From the NCBI RefSeq assembly GCF_009914755.1, contig NC_060925.1: a stretch of DNA of 64,000 nucleotides; one strand, given 5' to 3'. How positions within the stretch are numbered: position 1 is the first letter of the stretch; each line of letters starts with the position of its first letter. This DNA is from the human T2T-CHM13v2.0 reference genome, Homo sapiens. This document shows positions 12,758-28,415 of this stretch, piece after piece. Under the pieces are notes generated by a model. The model had not been told where the DNA came from. It ran no database searches and saw nothing but the letters and a program-made list of their open reading frames with translations. The translations under genes were made by a program, and so were the position numbers.

Positions 12758-14332
12758 CTGCAAGGGAGGGGCCACACTCACTCGGCCACCTCCGCGGCAT
12801 GCTGGCCGCAGAGAGCACCGTCTGGACCTCCGGGCCCTCTCTGCTCCTGCCGCTGGAGAGGATCCGGCTGGTCAGAAACAAGGGACGGGGCCACCCCAGG
12901 GGCTCATGCACCCGGCAGACCACGGTAACCGCCAGTGGTGTTTCCACACCGTGCCCGTGAGGAGGCCACGCCAGGCCCCTGCGTCCGAGCTGGGGGTGGG
13001 GAAGCTGTGTCTCAACAAGCCTCTCTATGGGATTCTGGCGCCTGCTCAGCTTGAGAACGCGCTCATCGTGGAGCCCGGCAGACAGGCGGCCTGACCCGGA
13101 GAAAAGGCAGGACGGCGGGTGGCCTGCCAGGGAGAGCCGCCGCGGCTGCGTCTACAGGAGGCAGAAGAGTAAACATGGCTGGGCAGTGGATGTGCAGCTC
13201 ACGTCAGAGAATTGGTGTTTCTGGCGAGGAGGGACCAAGCCTCACCACGGAGAAGGACGCCGTCACCGGCGTGCAGGCTGCCAACCTGCCACTCTGGGAG
13301 GCCCCACGCGGCCCCTGCACCTCTCAGGAGGGCGCTGGCGCTGGGATGGTGGCCGGCCAGGCAGGGGTGGCAGGAGAAAACCCATCCGAGTCCTGCAGGT
13401 CAGCGCCCTGGGCATCCAGTGGGGCCGGGAGGGGTGTCTGAGCGCAGCCACCTTCTATCCCCGGCCTCATGTGGCCCCATCAGCCCAACTGGAGCGGCTG
13501 GAAATGACCATCACCAGGCCTGGCCAAGGTGTGGCCCTGGAAGCCAGGACAGTTGACTTCCGGCCATGACTCCCGGAGAGTGCCGGAGCTGGCGTGCTCA
13601 GCAGAGCTGCCGGGGACGATGTCCCGGGGCTGAGTGGGCGGCTTCAGCCTAGACTTGGGCCTAGATCTTGCTGGAGGCCAAGTGGTCAGTGTCCCATCAG
13701 AGTGACCATCCCTCACACGCCACTGCTGGGGGACACACCCCCACTGAGCGGCCAAGTCCACAGGACACGTGTCCCTGTGTCCACCTGTCAGCCACACCGC
13801 CCCTCGCTCCCCTACAGCCTCTGCCCTCAGACCAGTCCACGGCGCGCCGTTTTACCCTTGGGCTTTGCTGTGTCCCTTCCTTTGGCTCCTGTGCCCCGTC
13901 TGTGTGGCCACTGCAACCCTCAAGTCCCCCTCTCCAGACCATAGCTGGACCCCCACTCCCGGGGCTGGCTCCAGCAGCCATCAGCTGCCTTCTCACTCTG
14001 GCAGAGCCCACCCAGTGCCTTCTGAAGCCCCCGAGGGTCACTCAGTCTGAGACTTTCCGGCTTCTGCCCATCCTGGGAACCAGCCCCTCCCTCCAGAAGC
14101 TTTCTCTAAGGTTGCCAGAAGGTGCTAAGATCTGAACCGAGGTCATCTTGTCCCGGGGTTTCCAGGCAGCGTCCCTTGTTTGGGGGCCCTCTGAGATGCC
14201 TTCAGACCCCCGCCTGTGGCGGAAGAGCTTTGTCCTGGCCTGATCTGCCCTGTCCGTGACGCTTCTGCTCAGTAGCTGAGCACGCCCTGTGGTGTGGACA
14301 GGCCAGCCCGGCTGCAGGACAGTGGGGGCTCA

Positions 14333-14790
<458 letters not shown>

Positions 14791-15610
14791 TCAACATCCT
14801 CACCCCTCACCAGGTGCCCAGCTTCCCATCCACCCACGTGACCCGCAGGTGTCTGAAAATGCACAAAATGTCCAAATAGGACCACAAGAAGATCTTAAAG
14901 ACACAAAGAACATTCTACATAGTTTGTCAAATCCAGCATTTGACGGTCCTCTGGGTGACCCGGAGAACACCAAGGCTGTGAGAAATGGGAGGCCTCCTGG
15001 CAGCTCCACTCCCCAGACCCGCCTCTGCCAGGGCTCCAGGCTCAGCAGGCGCCTGTGCGGGACAGGGCGACGGTTCAAGACCAAGTCCGGCTGTTAGACC
15101 AGACCCTCCAATCCAGGCGGCCTCCCTGCTGGGGTCCTGTGCGGTCAGGAGTCCCAGGGCATCCCAGGGTGGCTGTGCAAACCCTTGTTCCCAAAGATAT
15201 GGGGCTTGTCCCCCAGCTAGCCTGCCCATGCGGTGGCCACAGCCTCGGGTGAGTTCCGGTTCCAAAGTACCGGCTCTCCCTTACGATCAAGTGTTCGAAT
15301 GTGCTTGAAGCATTCCAGACACACCAAGGCCTGGACCTGACTTCATTGACGCCTACTTAGGAAAAATTGAGGCAGTCTGCCAAGCTTTCAGCAACTGCTT
15401 AAAAAGCTCAAAATGGCAAGTTTTTCCTCGTGAACGTCCTTGTCTTCAGAAGTCTTTTTTTAGACTATCTGGAAAAGCAGGCGATGCAAAGACAAAAGCC
15501 CCTCCCCGGGGGGCGGGGGGCAGCACCCTGACAGCAACAAGGATCTCAGAGCTTCAGCCAAGAGCATGGATTTCTCCCCAGGGCTCCCAACAGTACCCTC
15601 TGTCCGTGAT

Positions 15611-15975
<365 letters not shown>

Positions 15976-16614
15976 TGACTGAAGGACCTGGTCTCCATAA
16001 GCTCTGAAACCTGCCGCCCATTAACTCAACCAAAAGTTACGAACCAGCATCATTCACACCACCCCAGCCCCAGGACCTGCTCCGGAGGCCAAGGGCCCAG
16101 AGGTCGCCAGACACAAGGCCAGGCACTGGGCAGTTTGGGTTATCTTGTTAGCAAAACTGGGTTCCATTCCCCTTTACTTAAAAAATACATAAAAATATAC
16201 GTTGGGTTTCAAAAATAAGAAAAAGCATCTCCAGACAAAAAAGACGATCTTCATTTTTAAAACCCATGACGCACTCTCGGGAAGGTGTTCCTGTGCTCTG
16301 GGCCTGGGGACGCTGGTGCCACCAGATTCCAGGATGGCCAGGTGGACCCGGGGCCAGTGCTCCCAGCCTTCCTTCTGTGCTGTTCTGTGGGCCCCCAGCC
16401 TGCCCTGCCCACAGAGCACGGCAAGCAGGTGGACCCCAGACCCGTGACAGAGAGCCACCTGGACATGCCAGGCCACAGCACTGGGCCACCTTTCCAGTGT
16501 GAAACAGGGCTTTAAAAGCCAGCGCTGAGCTCGGCCACCTCTTGACCTTCTGAACGGCTGTGGTTTCCAAACACGGATGGATAACCGGGCCGGGCGCAGG
16601 GGTGGCCTACTCAC

Positions 16615-16886
16615 CTGGGGGCGAACTCCTTCTGGCACATGGGGCAGCTGCGCAGGGCCGCGGCACCCTCCACAGACGGCTGCTGCTCCACCCTGGGGGC
16701 CCTGCAGGGATCAGGTGCCGGGCGCTGGGGCAGGGACCTGGCGGGGGATTCCAGGTGCCCTCCTGCCCCGTGAAGCAGCCGGTAGGAACGGCCCGGGCCC
16801 CACAGGTCCGGCGGAAAGGGTGTCCAGGAAAAGGTCTTGGGTCCGACAGTGAAGACTTCAGTGGGCTCCGGGCCGCACCTGGGCTC
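16615..16886 (-). CDS. FAAP20: FAAP20 exon 3 (EPRCGPEPTEVFTVGPKTFSW...LRSCPMCQKEFAP)
   Basis: Acceptor gtgttgcag and donor AG|gtgagt; encodes C147-x-x-C150 of the UBZ zinc finger. Confidence 0.95.
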
Positions 16887-16973
16887 CTGCAACACAGAGT
16901 TGTTGGGCCTTGCCCAGCGATGGCTCCCGCCCTGGAAACCCCTTCATCGCTAAGATGGGCCCAGTGGGCACAC

Positions 16974-17109
16974 CTGTCCTGGGAAGGCGGGCAGTGAAGG
17001 CACCTCGTGATCCAGGATCAGCTCCGGGCTCACCGTGCGCAGTAGCTCGGCCCAGAGCCGCTCCCGCTCATCACCCCCCAGGAGAAACCAGGGGCGGCCG
17101 CCAGAAGGC
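16974..17109 (-). CDS. FAAP20: FAAP20 exon 2 (PSGGRPWFLLGGDERERLWAELLRTVSPELILDHEVPSLPAFPGQ), FANCA-binding region
   Basis: Acceptor tctgtctgccccag and donor CAG|gtgtgc; phases match exons 1 and 3. Confidence 0.95.
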
Positions 17110-17399
17110 CTGGGGCAGACAGAGAGGGCAGACAGGGGGTACTCAGTAGCGGAAACGCTATGGTGGGGAGACCCGGGAGGGCCTGGGGCAGAGAGAGCGG
17201 GGAGATGGGGGGTACTAGAGGGAAATTCGATGGTGCGGGAGGTGGCCGGCAGGGTTGGGGGAAGGGCTGCTGGGGCAGACAGTGCGGAGATGAGGGGTAC
17301 TGGGGGTGGGGGAGCGGGGTGGGTGGGTGGAAATATGGGGTCCTCAGCGGGATGAGGCGATGGTTGGGGAGATTGCGGAGGGCCTGGGGAAGGTAGAGG

Positions 17400-18200
17400 G
17401 TTAGATGGGGGGTGCTCAGGGGAGACGCGATGATGGGAGAGGCGCGGGAGGGCCTGGGGCGGCGCGGGGGAAGCTCGGGGTGGGGTGGGGGCTCAAGGCG
17501 GGCGCTGAATGGCGGCGCGGGGTGGGGCGACGGGCGTGGGGGCCGGGCCCGGGGGCAGGGAGCCCTCCCCAGGGGGAGAATAGAGCGGGAGGCCCGCGGG
17601 GGCGCCGGGAAGCACGTGGGAGCGGGAAAACCGGCCGCGCCCCCGCCCGGCTCCCGGCCTCACCCGCCCGCCGGGGGCGGCCTCCGGCGGCTCAACCCCA
17701 GCCGCGGCCTCCGCGCCGCCTCCATCCAAGCCCGCGCCGGGCGGAAGTGAGCGCAAGCCCCGCCCCCGCCCCTCCAGGCCCCGCCCCCGCCCCGGCCCCG
17801 CCTCCAGACCTCTGCAGCGAGGCCGCCCCCCTCCGAGACAGTCGGAACCCCAGGGGCCCTGATCCCAGCCTGTAGGGAAACTGAGGCCAGGGTTCCTTCG
17901 TCCTGCACCGCACAGGGGGGCCTGGCGTGAGGGTGGGGGGCCCAGGTGGGGGAGCCCCGCCCGTGTCCCCTTTCCCGTCCGGGCAGCCCCCGGGCCGGAG
18001 CCCCCTCCGTTACCCCGATGGCTGCCCGGCCCGCCCCGGCACTGCCTCCTCCCGGCTGCACCCAACAGCTCCCGCCCCCGTTTCCGGCTCTGCGGAGCCG
18101 CCTCTCCTCCCAGGACCATTCCAGGAGTAAATAAAGCTTGAAATCCGCCGTCGCCACCACCGTTTCTTTACAAAAGGCGGGGAACTCAAGCTCCTTAACC
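17400..18200 (-). promoter_or_regulatory. CpG-island, TATA-less promoter of FAAP20 with an ETS site and GC boxes
   Basis: Dense CpG; GCGGAAGTG at 17741-17749 and tandem CCCCGCCC boxes at 17758-17802 immediately upstream of the ATG. Confidence 0.8.
17664..17725 (-). CDS. FAAP20: FAAP20 exon 1 coding part (MEAARRPRLGLSRRRPPPAG)
   Basis: ATG at 17725 and donor GG|gtgagg at 17663; matches the known FAAP20 N-terminus. Confidence 0.93.
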
Positions 18201-19256
18201 AAGAAACCAGAGGCGAAGTGACAAAGTCCAGGTGGCTCACTTGGGCCTCAGGGGCCTGGGCCAGGGCCCTGGGGGCAGCTGAGGGGCTTTCCTGCCTGGA
18301 CCCCGGGCTCTGCGACCTCAAAGTCGGCCACGTGGTGGCAGCAGCCGCCCAGGCACCCTGGTGCCACACTTGGCTGTGCCCAGTGCCCCATGGGCCCAGG
18401 CCACTTGCCTCTCCCTTGGCCCTGCTGGGCCCTGGAGTGGCTGCCACCCTCACGGAAGGAGTGGGGTCTACAGAGATCAGGGTCAGGGGCCCTCGCCAGA
18501 CGCCACTCAGGGCTCTGGGACTCCTTGGCAGTTTCTGCCCTGCCCAGCCCCAGCAGCTTTGGGGCTATGCTGGGCACCCCTCCTGCAGGGCTCCCTGGCT
18601 GTTCCTACCCCTCACCTGGCCCCTCCCAGCCCCCAGTCGTCTGTGCCCTCCCTCCAGAACTCAGCTGTGGAGCCCGGCCCTGAACCCAGGCCACCCGAGT
18701 GGCCCACCGTCCTTCAAGGGGCCCCAGCCTGGAGGCCATAGGTTGGTGTTCAGGGAAAGGGTCAGCAGCAGGGCCTGGACTGGGAGGTCCCCCTCTCCCT
18801 GCATGAGTGGTTTTCTTCCGCACACCTTCCTGCTCTAGATGCTGGAGGCCCCCAGCAGAACAAGATGGAGGCACCAACCCCCAGGCCCTTCGACTTGAGT
18901 GAGCAGATGGAGATGCAGCGCTGAGTGCTGCCCGGGCAGGGGGAGGGGGCCTGGGGGAGCTGCTGCAGGCAGTGTGGTCTCAGGGGGCCCTGTGGGAGGT
19001 AGCCTGTGGCTGGGCCTGCTCTCAGGCGAGAGAAGCCCAGCCGTGGGGTCTCTGCAGCCCCACGTCCACCACATGGCAGGTGCCAGCTGACCAAGCGCTC
19101 TCAGACAGCCAGTGTCCAGGGCTCCCCGACAGTCCTGGCTGCCCTGGCTTCAGCTCCGAGCTTCTGGGTCTTTCCTGGAAATGTCACCATGGTCTGCAGG
19201 AGGGCCTTGGGTACTTCCAGGAAGACTGGTCCCAGCCTCCCAAGACAGGAGAAAAG

Positions 19257-19830
19257 GCCAGGCCCAGCAGCCCATGCCTGCAATTCTAGGACTTGGGGAG
19301 GTCCAGGCAGGCAGATTGCTTGAGCCCAGGAGTTTGAGACCAGCCTGGGCAACATGGCAAGACCTTGTCTCTATAAATAAAAAATTAGCTGGGCATGGTG
19401 GCATGTGCCTGTGGTCCCACCTACTTGGGTGGCTAAGGTGGGAGGATCACCTGAGCCCAGGTAGGTGGGGGCTGCAGTGAGGCAAGATCGTGCCACTGCA
19501 CTCCAGACCCCAACTCAAAAAAAAAAAAAAATAGGCCAGGTGTGGTGGCTCAAGCCTGCAATCCCAGCACTTTGGGAGGCCAAGTCGGGAGGATCACTTG
19601 AGGCCAGGAGTTTGAGACCAGCCTGGCCAACATGCAGAAACCCCATCTCTACTAAAAATACAAAAATTAGCCGGGCATGGTGGTGCACACCTTTAATCCC
19701 AACTACTTGGGTGGCTGAGGCACGAAAACCACCTGAGCCTAGGAGGCATAGGTTGTGGTGAGCCAAGATCGCACCACTGCACAACAGCTTGGGCATCACA
19801 GCAAGACTCTGTCTCGAAAAACAAAAAAAG
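19257..19830 (+). mobile_element. Two tandem Alus (AluJ-like, then AluS-like)
   Basis: Two Alu dimers with A-tails ending at ~19530 and ~19830. Confidence 0.88.
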
Positions 19831-20982
19831 ACAGAGGAGAAAAGCCCTTGGTGACAAGTGTTTGCTCAGCTCTCTGTGCCGTGCTGGGGGTGGTGGGGGG
19901 TGTTCTTGCTCCTTCCTCTCCCTTCCCCACTCTGGCTCCCAACCCCAGGGTTCTGCTGTTGGACCCGGGGGTGGCTCCTGCCTCCTCCTCCTCTATGGCC
20001 CCCACATGGTCCAGTGCCCTCCTGCCATGGGACCGGCCGGCCTCTGGATGGGCTCCGAGCCCCCTGGGACCCATCTCCTTCCCTGCCTGGGTCCCTTGGG
20101 CAGAGCCTGGGAAACTCAGGCCCCTGCCCTGTCCTGGAGGACCATGTGAGGGACACCTGTGTGTGGCTGCTGCCCCAGAACAGGGGCCTTTCTGGGCGGG
20201 AGGACCCAGCCCCCACCCCTGGAAAGCCAAACACTAGAGCTTTGCTGGGGTCTTCAGCATCCTTCCAGCCCCTCCCGGCTCCCCCATGCAGGTGCCCTGG
20301 CCACTGGGCCCAAGAGGGGCAGAGCCGAGCAGAAGCAGGGCGGGGTCTCAAGTGACCCAGACCCGGGACACCTGCGCTGCCCGGCTGGCGCAGGCTGCTT
20401 GGGAAGCTCTCGCTGCGGGTGCCCCAAGGGTAGGAGGCACGGGCCTGCAGGGGACCTCAGGGCTGGCTGAGCCTGGCTCCAGCCCGCATCACTGAAGCTG
20501 GGGGGCCCCCATCCCCTTGAGTCTTAGCCACCCCAGTGGGCCTCATTTACCCTTGGCCACCAGGGAAGAGGAGCCAGGGCCCCAGGCCAGTGCCATGGGG
20601 CAGAAGGCAGGGCCTCTGGGCCTGGTGCTTTGGGGACGCAGAGGCAGCACAACGTGTCACAGTTGTCCTCCTGGGGGCTCTTCCCCTCCAGTTTATCTGC
20701 TGCTCTGGATTAATCTCCCCTCCTCCCATGTCACCACTGGGGAGGGGGCAGTGGGGCAGGCCCCTGTGACCTACAGCCAGAGATAAGTCCACAGAGAAAG
20801 GCACTGGGGTGACCTCTGCTCTGGGCACGTGGCGGGTGCCTCCACTTGTCAGGAAGCCTGACCCCCAATCCCCTCCCGCCTGACAGCTTCCCGACAGCTG
20901 CCTGCCAGCCGAGGGCCTGGAAGGGGACCGGCCACTCAAGACTCTCAAGACAAGGAAGCATGTTCACCTCCAACAAACATAC

Positions 20983-21118
20983 CTTGTCCTGCCTGTCCTC
21001 AAGTTATCAGCATGACACAGCGGTGCTGGTGATGGTGATGGTGGAGGTTTCAAAGTTGAACCTGATGAAAACGCTCCACTTCTTCGGAGCCATCTGCTGC
21101 TGTGGTGACGGAGTTTTG
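20983..21118 (-). CDS. FAAP20: Candidate alternative FAAP20 coding exon (AKLRHHSSRWLRRSGAFSSGSTLKPPPSPSPAPLCHADNLRTGRTR)
   Basis: Acceptor ttattttccaataaag and donor AG|gtatgt; joins exon 2 in frame (AG|G CCT = R-P). Confidence 0.6.
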
Positions 21119-21729
21119 CTTTATTGGAAAATAATTTCTGGTTGGGACTGACACGTGCACAGTGGAAATGAGTTTTTTCTAAGCCAAAATTCATGTTTAC
21201 AAAAGAACGTTTCAGCTGTGGGAGTTTGCATCCCAGGCAGAGCAGAAGGTGATCGAGTGGGTGGGGGCATCAGAGCCACCCATCTCCTACTCCCGCACCT
21301 GCAGACCGGTGGGCTAGGAGGCCCCTTACCCTCTGTGGCAAAAAAGGACACATTTATGGATGATGAATCAGGCCCCAGCCCACTGAGCTGGTTTCAGAAG
21401 CCAGGCTGGCCGTAGGTCAGGGAGCCAGGCCTCTCCAACTCCTTCCACCGCGGAAGAACAAGTGTCCCAGCCACTGGCATCCTCAGAGTCACCCAAATGT
21501 TCATCTCTGCCCAGCGCTGACACCCTGCAAATCAGGCTAAGACAGCGGTGACGGGCCCTGAGGCTGGCAGGCCTAAGCAGCCCGGTGGCCGTGCACCCTC
21601 CCAATTTCCAAATGAGACCTGTGGCCGACAGGCACCCTGGGCACATGCTGAAGGCACTGGGCTGCCTCCACCCCTTCCCATGTGGCTAAATGGCCCAGCA
21701 CCCACACACGGTGCCCTGGCAGTGCTCAC

Positions 21730-21964
21730 CTGCTGGCAAGGACAGCCAAAAGGCCCGGGCAGCCTTCTGACGCAGCCAGGAACTGGGCTGTGCTCCACCA
21801 CACCTGCTGGCCCGTGGATGCCAGGCAGGCACGCCCACCCATAGCCAGATGTGGTGGCATTTATGGGATACGGGAGTGCCAGGCAGACAGGCTGTGAGAG
21901 ACAGTTGCCTGGGAAACATCGCCAGATCTTTGGGGCAGCAGAGCAGGTGCTCGGGCCCACACAT
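21730..21964 (-). CDS. FAAP20: Candidate alternative FAAP20 first coding exon (MCGPEHLLCCPKDLAMF...AFWLSLPA)
   Basis: ATG at 21964 and donor G|gtgagc at 21729; in frame with 21118-20983 and exons 2-4, giving 283 aa. Confidence 0.55.
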
Positions 21965-22367
21965 GGGGTGCAAGAGTAGGGGTGTGCCTTGGTGCCCTTG
22001 GGCACCGACAGCCTCCTCACAGCCTCAGTGGCGGGGTCATGGCACAGGCCTGCCCCTGACCCCAAGAACCAGAAAGCCAGGAGCAGCTGGGGAGGGCCCT
22101 GGCCCGGGAGAGACAGCGGTCCTGTTTCTGAACCCCATCCCAGCCATGGCCTGTGTCTGGGCCAGCATCCCCGACCAGACAGGGCCAGCCGCCCTCTCTC
22201 AAAGTCCCCAGCACCCCTTCAAGCAGTATCCGGTTCACACCCTCCCACAGCCTGTCCTCCATCCCCACGTGTCGGGCTCAGCTTCCGCACCACTCAGCCC
22301 CCACCCAGGGGCGGGCTTTTATCAGCCCCAGATCCTGCTCTGACGTCCCCCCGCCCGGAGAAGCTTC

Positions 22368-22397
22368 CCCAGCCCAGCCCAGCCCAGCCCAGCCCAG
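22368..22397. repeat. (CCCAG)6 microsatellite
   Basis: cccagcccagcccagcccagcccagcccag. Confidence 0.85.
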
Positions 22398-22609
22398 GCT
22401 TCTCTCTCCACCCCACTGCCCTGCTGGGAAATTGTGAGCTCAGATGCTGATTGGTCTACCCAGGAGGGCGGTCCTGTGTGCTCTGTTCCCTGGGAAGCCT
22501 CTCAGAGTGCGCGGCACCAAGGAGCCGGTCAGGGAGTGGAGACCTCTCAGGGCACCCCTCCTCTGGGGAAGGCAAGTCACAGAAACCAAGCTGGAGGAGC
22601 ACTGTGGGT

Positions 22610-23648
<1,039 letters not shown>

Positions 23649-24414
23649 GGCTCCCGGCTTTCCAAGCCGCCACGCACCAAGTTCAGCTTGAAAACGCTGA
23701 GCCCAGCTGGGTGCGGGGAGCCCTCGGTCTCCTGTCCACCACACCCGGAGCTGAGGAAGAGGCTCCCCCATGGGCCAAGAGCTGGAAGGGGGCCCTTGGA
23801 GGATCCCCCAAGGTCCTCCAAGTGGGCCAGGAAACCTCTGCAGGTGGAGAGGGTGGCTGGGACCCCCTCGGGAGTCCCCAGGGAAGGTCTGGCTTCTCGG
23901 CTCTGTAGAATCAGCTTTGTCCCCAGTTCAGCACGTTTTTATGGGAAATCTGCTGGCTGGGGACAGCCCTTGATGTCCTGAGATGAGATGCTGCCTGGTC
24001 CCTGCACCTTCCAGGACCCAGCTCACCTGTGGCGCACAGGTTTCCACTTGTCATAGGAAACTGTGCTTGGTGCATCCCCTGTGCAGCCGGCTGTGAACTG
24101 TGGGCTCCAACCCTGCTTGGTTTGCTTCAACTTTCTGAGTGACGTGCAGACCTTCACAGAGGAGCCGTGGGGTGGCTCCATCCAACGCCTCCCTCGCTGC
24201 CCCTGTGTTGGAAAATAAGGACAGTGGGTGGCCTGGGCCCTGCGCATCCTCCAGAGGGTCAGGGACACGCACGGTGAGCGACCTCTGTAGGCTCGAAGGC
24301 ACAGCCTGGAAGGACTGGGACACCCGTGGGCAGGGAGCAAGAAGGCACCGCCGGGGGCTTAGGTCTTCTTTGTTCATCTGGTAGAATTGCTGACTTTTAG
24401 AGAAAGGGACCTGA

Positions 24415-25100
<686 letters not shown>

Positions 25101-25319
25101 TCAGGGACTGTTTGGAGAACCAGGCTCCAGGAGGCCCCTGTGCAGACTCCGGGCTGTCCTGCAAACCCCAGCACCGTGTGGCCTTGGCCCAGGGCTGCTC
25201 TCCCCTACCAGGTACCCGAGGAGGAGGTGGCCTCTGTTCCTTCCAGCTATGCCCTCCATATGTGCCACCGGACCCCATCACCACGAGCCCCAGCTAAGTG
25301 ACAGCCAACAACCCTACTT

Positions 25320-25862
25320 CTGTTTTTGTTTTAGAGACAGGGTCTTGCACTGTTGCCCAGGCTGGAGTGCAGTGGCGAAATCTCGATTCACTGCAACCTC
25401 CACCTCCTCGGTTCAAGCAATCCTCAACACCTCTTTATTTTTATTTTATTTATTTATTGAGACAGAGTCTCCCTCTGTTACCCAAGCTGGAGTCTAGTGG
25501 CATGATCTCGGCTCACTGCAACTGATGCTTCCCTGGCTCAAGAAATCCTCCCACTTCAGCCTCCCAAGTAGCTGGGACTACAGGCACAAGCCACCACACC
25601 TGGTTAATTGTTTGTTTTGTTTTGTTTTGTAGAGACGGGATGGGATTTTGCCATGTTGCCCAGGCTGGTCTTGAACTCCTGAGCTCAAGCGATCCTCTTC
25701 CCTCGGCCTCCCAAAGTGCTAGGATTACAAGCATGAGCCACTGCACCAGGCCCTGGCTAATTTTATTTTTTGTAAAGATAGGGTCTCATAATATTGTCCA
25801 GGCTGGTCTCGTCAAACTCCTGGCCTCAAGCAATCCTCCTGCCTTGGCCTCCCAAAGTGCCA
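25320..25862 (-). mobile_element. Antisense AluJ-like cluster (nested or partial)
   Basis: Partial right arm at 25320-25430, full element ~25440-25752, left arm 25753-25862. Confidence 0.85.
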
Positions 25863-28415
25863 TATACCCCCACTTCTGGGTGAGCAATTTCCGACTTTGT
25901 GGTGTGAGGGATGATGTCTGACATGAAGCTCCATCCTCCTCCCTGGGGTCCATCCTGCAGTGGGAGCCGTCCTCCCAGCCAGCTGGTGACTGGACAACAG
26001 TGCTGTCCATCCGAGTGGGACACTGGCTGAGACTCTCCTCACCCTCCCATCCCCCTTCTGCTTTTCTCCCTGCCCATGGCCTGGCAACCTTCCCCGGGGC
26101 CAGAGGGCAGCCCAGGGTCCCGAGGCCCCAGGAAGCTATCTGGCCGCTGGAAGTAGTGGCCTGATGCCCAGCAGAATCTCAGAACAGGCCCTTCGCCTGC
26201 AGCCCAGGTGGGGCCAAGGCACAGCTAGGATCCCGACAGGCCAGAGAGTGGCCGCTGAGACAAGCCCCGCCCTCCCTTCTGCCGCCTTCTTCCCCCCAGG
26301 CTTCTCCATAGTGGGGCAGGCTCTCTGGACACCCCTCCGCAGTCAGGGCCCACCCATGGCTGCCCTGCCCAGGCCTGGGCACAGCTGCACTGACTGTTCC
26401 TGGCAGCCTCACCGGTGCAGGCCACCCTGCTGCTCCAGCTCAGTCCAGCACAGGTGTTCTCGCTCTGGGGTTGGCCTGGCGCTGACCTGTGCACCTGACA
26501 GGGAAGGTAGGCAGCTCTGGAGCTGGCTGGTGCCCCTCACCTGGGGTGGAGCTGGGGCAGGTCCCACATTTCTCAGAAGGACTCCAGGATGCAGCTGCGT
26601 CTGGGGCCTGAGCGGAGGGAAGATATCAGGCTGGGGCCGGCTGCTGGGCCTGTCCTCTCTGAGTTGCCTCAAATCCCCTGTTCCTTGAGCGGTCCTGGAG
26701 CCTGGCCTCAGGCCTCAGGGCACCACACTACTTGCCTCCAGGGACCAGCCTGTTCACCCCACACCCAGCCCTGTGACAGAGGTGCTGTCGCGTGGCCCCA
26801 CTTACAGATGGGTCAACTGAGGCCCGGGGCATCTGTCCACTTGTCATGACAGTGAGCGGCCAAGCTGGATGTGAACCCAGGTTTTTGTATGCTGCCGCCC
26901 GGTGGGGTTGGGGAGGACTTAGTGGCACCCACTGACCTCCCACTGGGGATCGGGGTCAGGGAGTGAAGTAAGTGCCTGGCTCTCCGAGCACCCTGGGGCA
27001 GCCCCTCCAGCCTGGGAGAGCCAGCTCACATCTGGGCAGTTGGTGAGGCCAGCTCCTGCCATCTCGGGTCCCCATGCGCTTCTCAGATGTGAAAGCCCCT
27101 TGCTGGCCTCCACAGACCCTCACAGACGGCCTCACAGGCCAACACCCAGCGGCTGCACTGCCCATGGTCACTATCTCTGCAGCCCGCGTGTGCGGCCAGT
27201 GTCCCTCCGGTGACCCCAGGCCCAGGTGCCCGGCTGTTGGTCCTGCCAGCATCGTGAGCCGTGGTCTGCCGTCCTGGCACATCCTGAATGGAGGTGCACG
27301 CATAGAGGCTGCCTGTGAATCTCCTGCGCTTCCTCAGAGGGATTTGCCCCCTTCTGGGACGTGCCCTGGGGACGGTCAGTTCTCCCAAATAGTGACTTCC
27401 TTTCTCCACATAATGAGAGCCTTTGGCTGAGGGATTGGGAGGACCAGGAAAAAGCCGCCAGGCCACGTGGGGCGTGACTTGGCGATCCCGGTGGCTCCGG
27501 GCGTCAGCTTGGACCTCAGACGCCCCTCACAGCTCACAGCCCTGTGGCCTGCTCTGAGGGCCCCGCCCGCCGCCGAGCCCCCGGGAGCCGGAGAACCCGC
27601 AGGACGTCAGCCGGGTGGATTCCCTCCCACTGCCCCTGACCCCACTGCCCAGCGCCTTCAGGACTAGCGGATGATGGACTTGTGCTAAACTGGCTACGAC
27701 CCCTCCGGAGCAGGGTCCTGGGTAAATCAGCAGTGAGCTGCAGGCTCAGCCAGCCGCCGCCTTTGGTTTCCTCCCGCCGCCGGCTCACCCCACCTCAGAC
27801 CCGAGCTAGCTCTCCAGCCTGGTTCCTCTGCCGGACCCTCCTCCCGGGCACCTCCCACGCCCCGCCCTCAAGCCCCGCCCCTCAAGCCCCCCTCCCTCCC
27901 TTCGGGCCCCCCATACCCCGCCCCTCAAGCCCCGCCCCGCCCCCCGGGCGCCACGCGCCCCGCCCCTCAAGCCCCGCCCCTCCCTCCGGGCTCCCCACGC
28001 CCCGCCCCTCCCACGAGGCTCCCTCACGCCCCGTCCCCAAGCCCCGCCCTTCCCCCGGGCTCCCCCACGCCCCGCCCCTCAAGCCCCGCCCCCAGGCGCC
28101 ACACGCCCCACCCCTCAATCCCCGCCCCTCCCCCGGGCTCCCCCCACGCCCCGCCCCTCTTTCCGGCCCCCTACGCCCCGCCCCCGCTCCTCCTTCTGGC
28201 CCTTCCCTTGCCCCGCCCCTCCCAGTGCCACCGTCCTTCCAGGCAGCGCCCACACCCCGCCCCTCATGGGCACCACCCACACAAGCAAGCCCCGCCCCGC
28301 AGGGTCCCGCCCACGTTCCGCCCCACCCCGCCCCAGCTGTGTCCTCGGCGCCCAGCCTGGGGCAGCCGTCCCCGTGAGCCCCGCGAGGGGAGCCTGTCCC
28401 AGCCACCTCGCCGCT

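Noticed and set aside
17726-18202. In-frame upstream extension of FAAP20 exon 1
   Set aside because: Starts at a non-ATG codon and lies within the promoter, upstream of the ETS/GC-box core.
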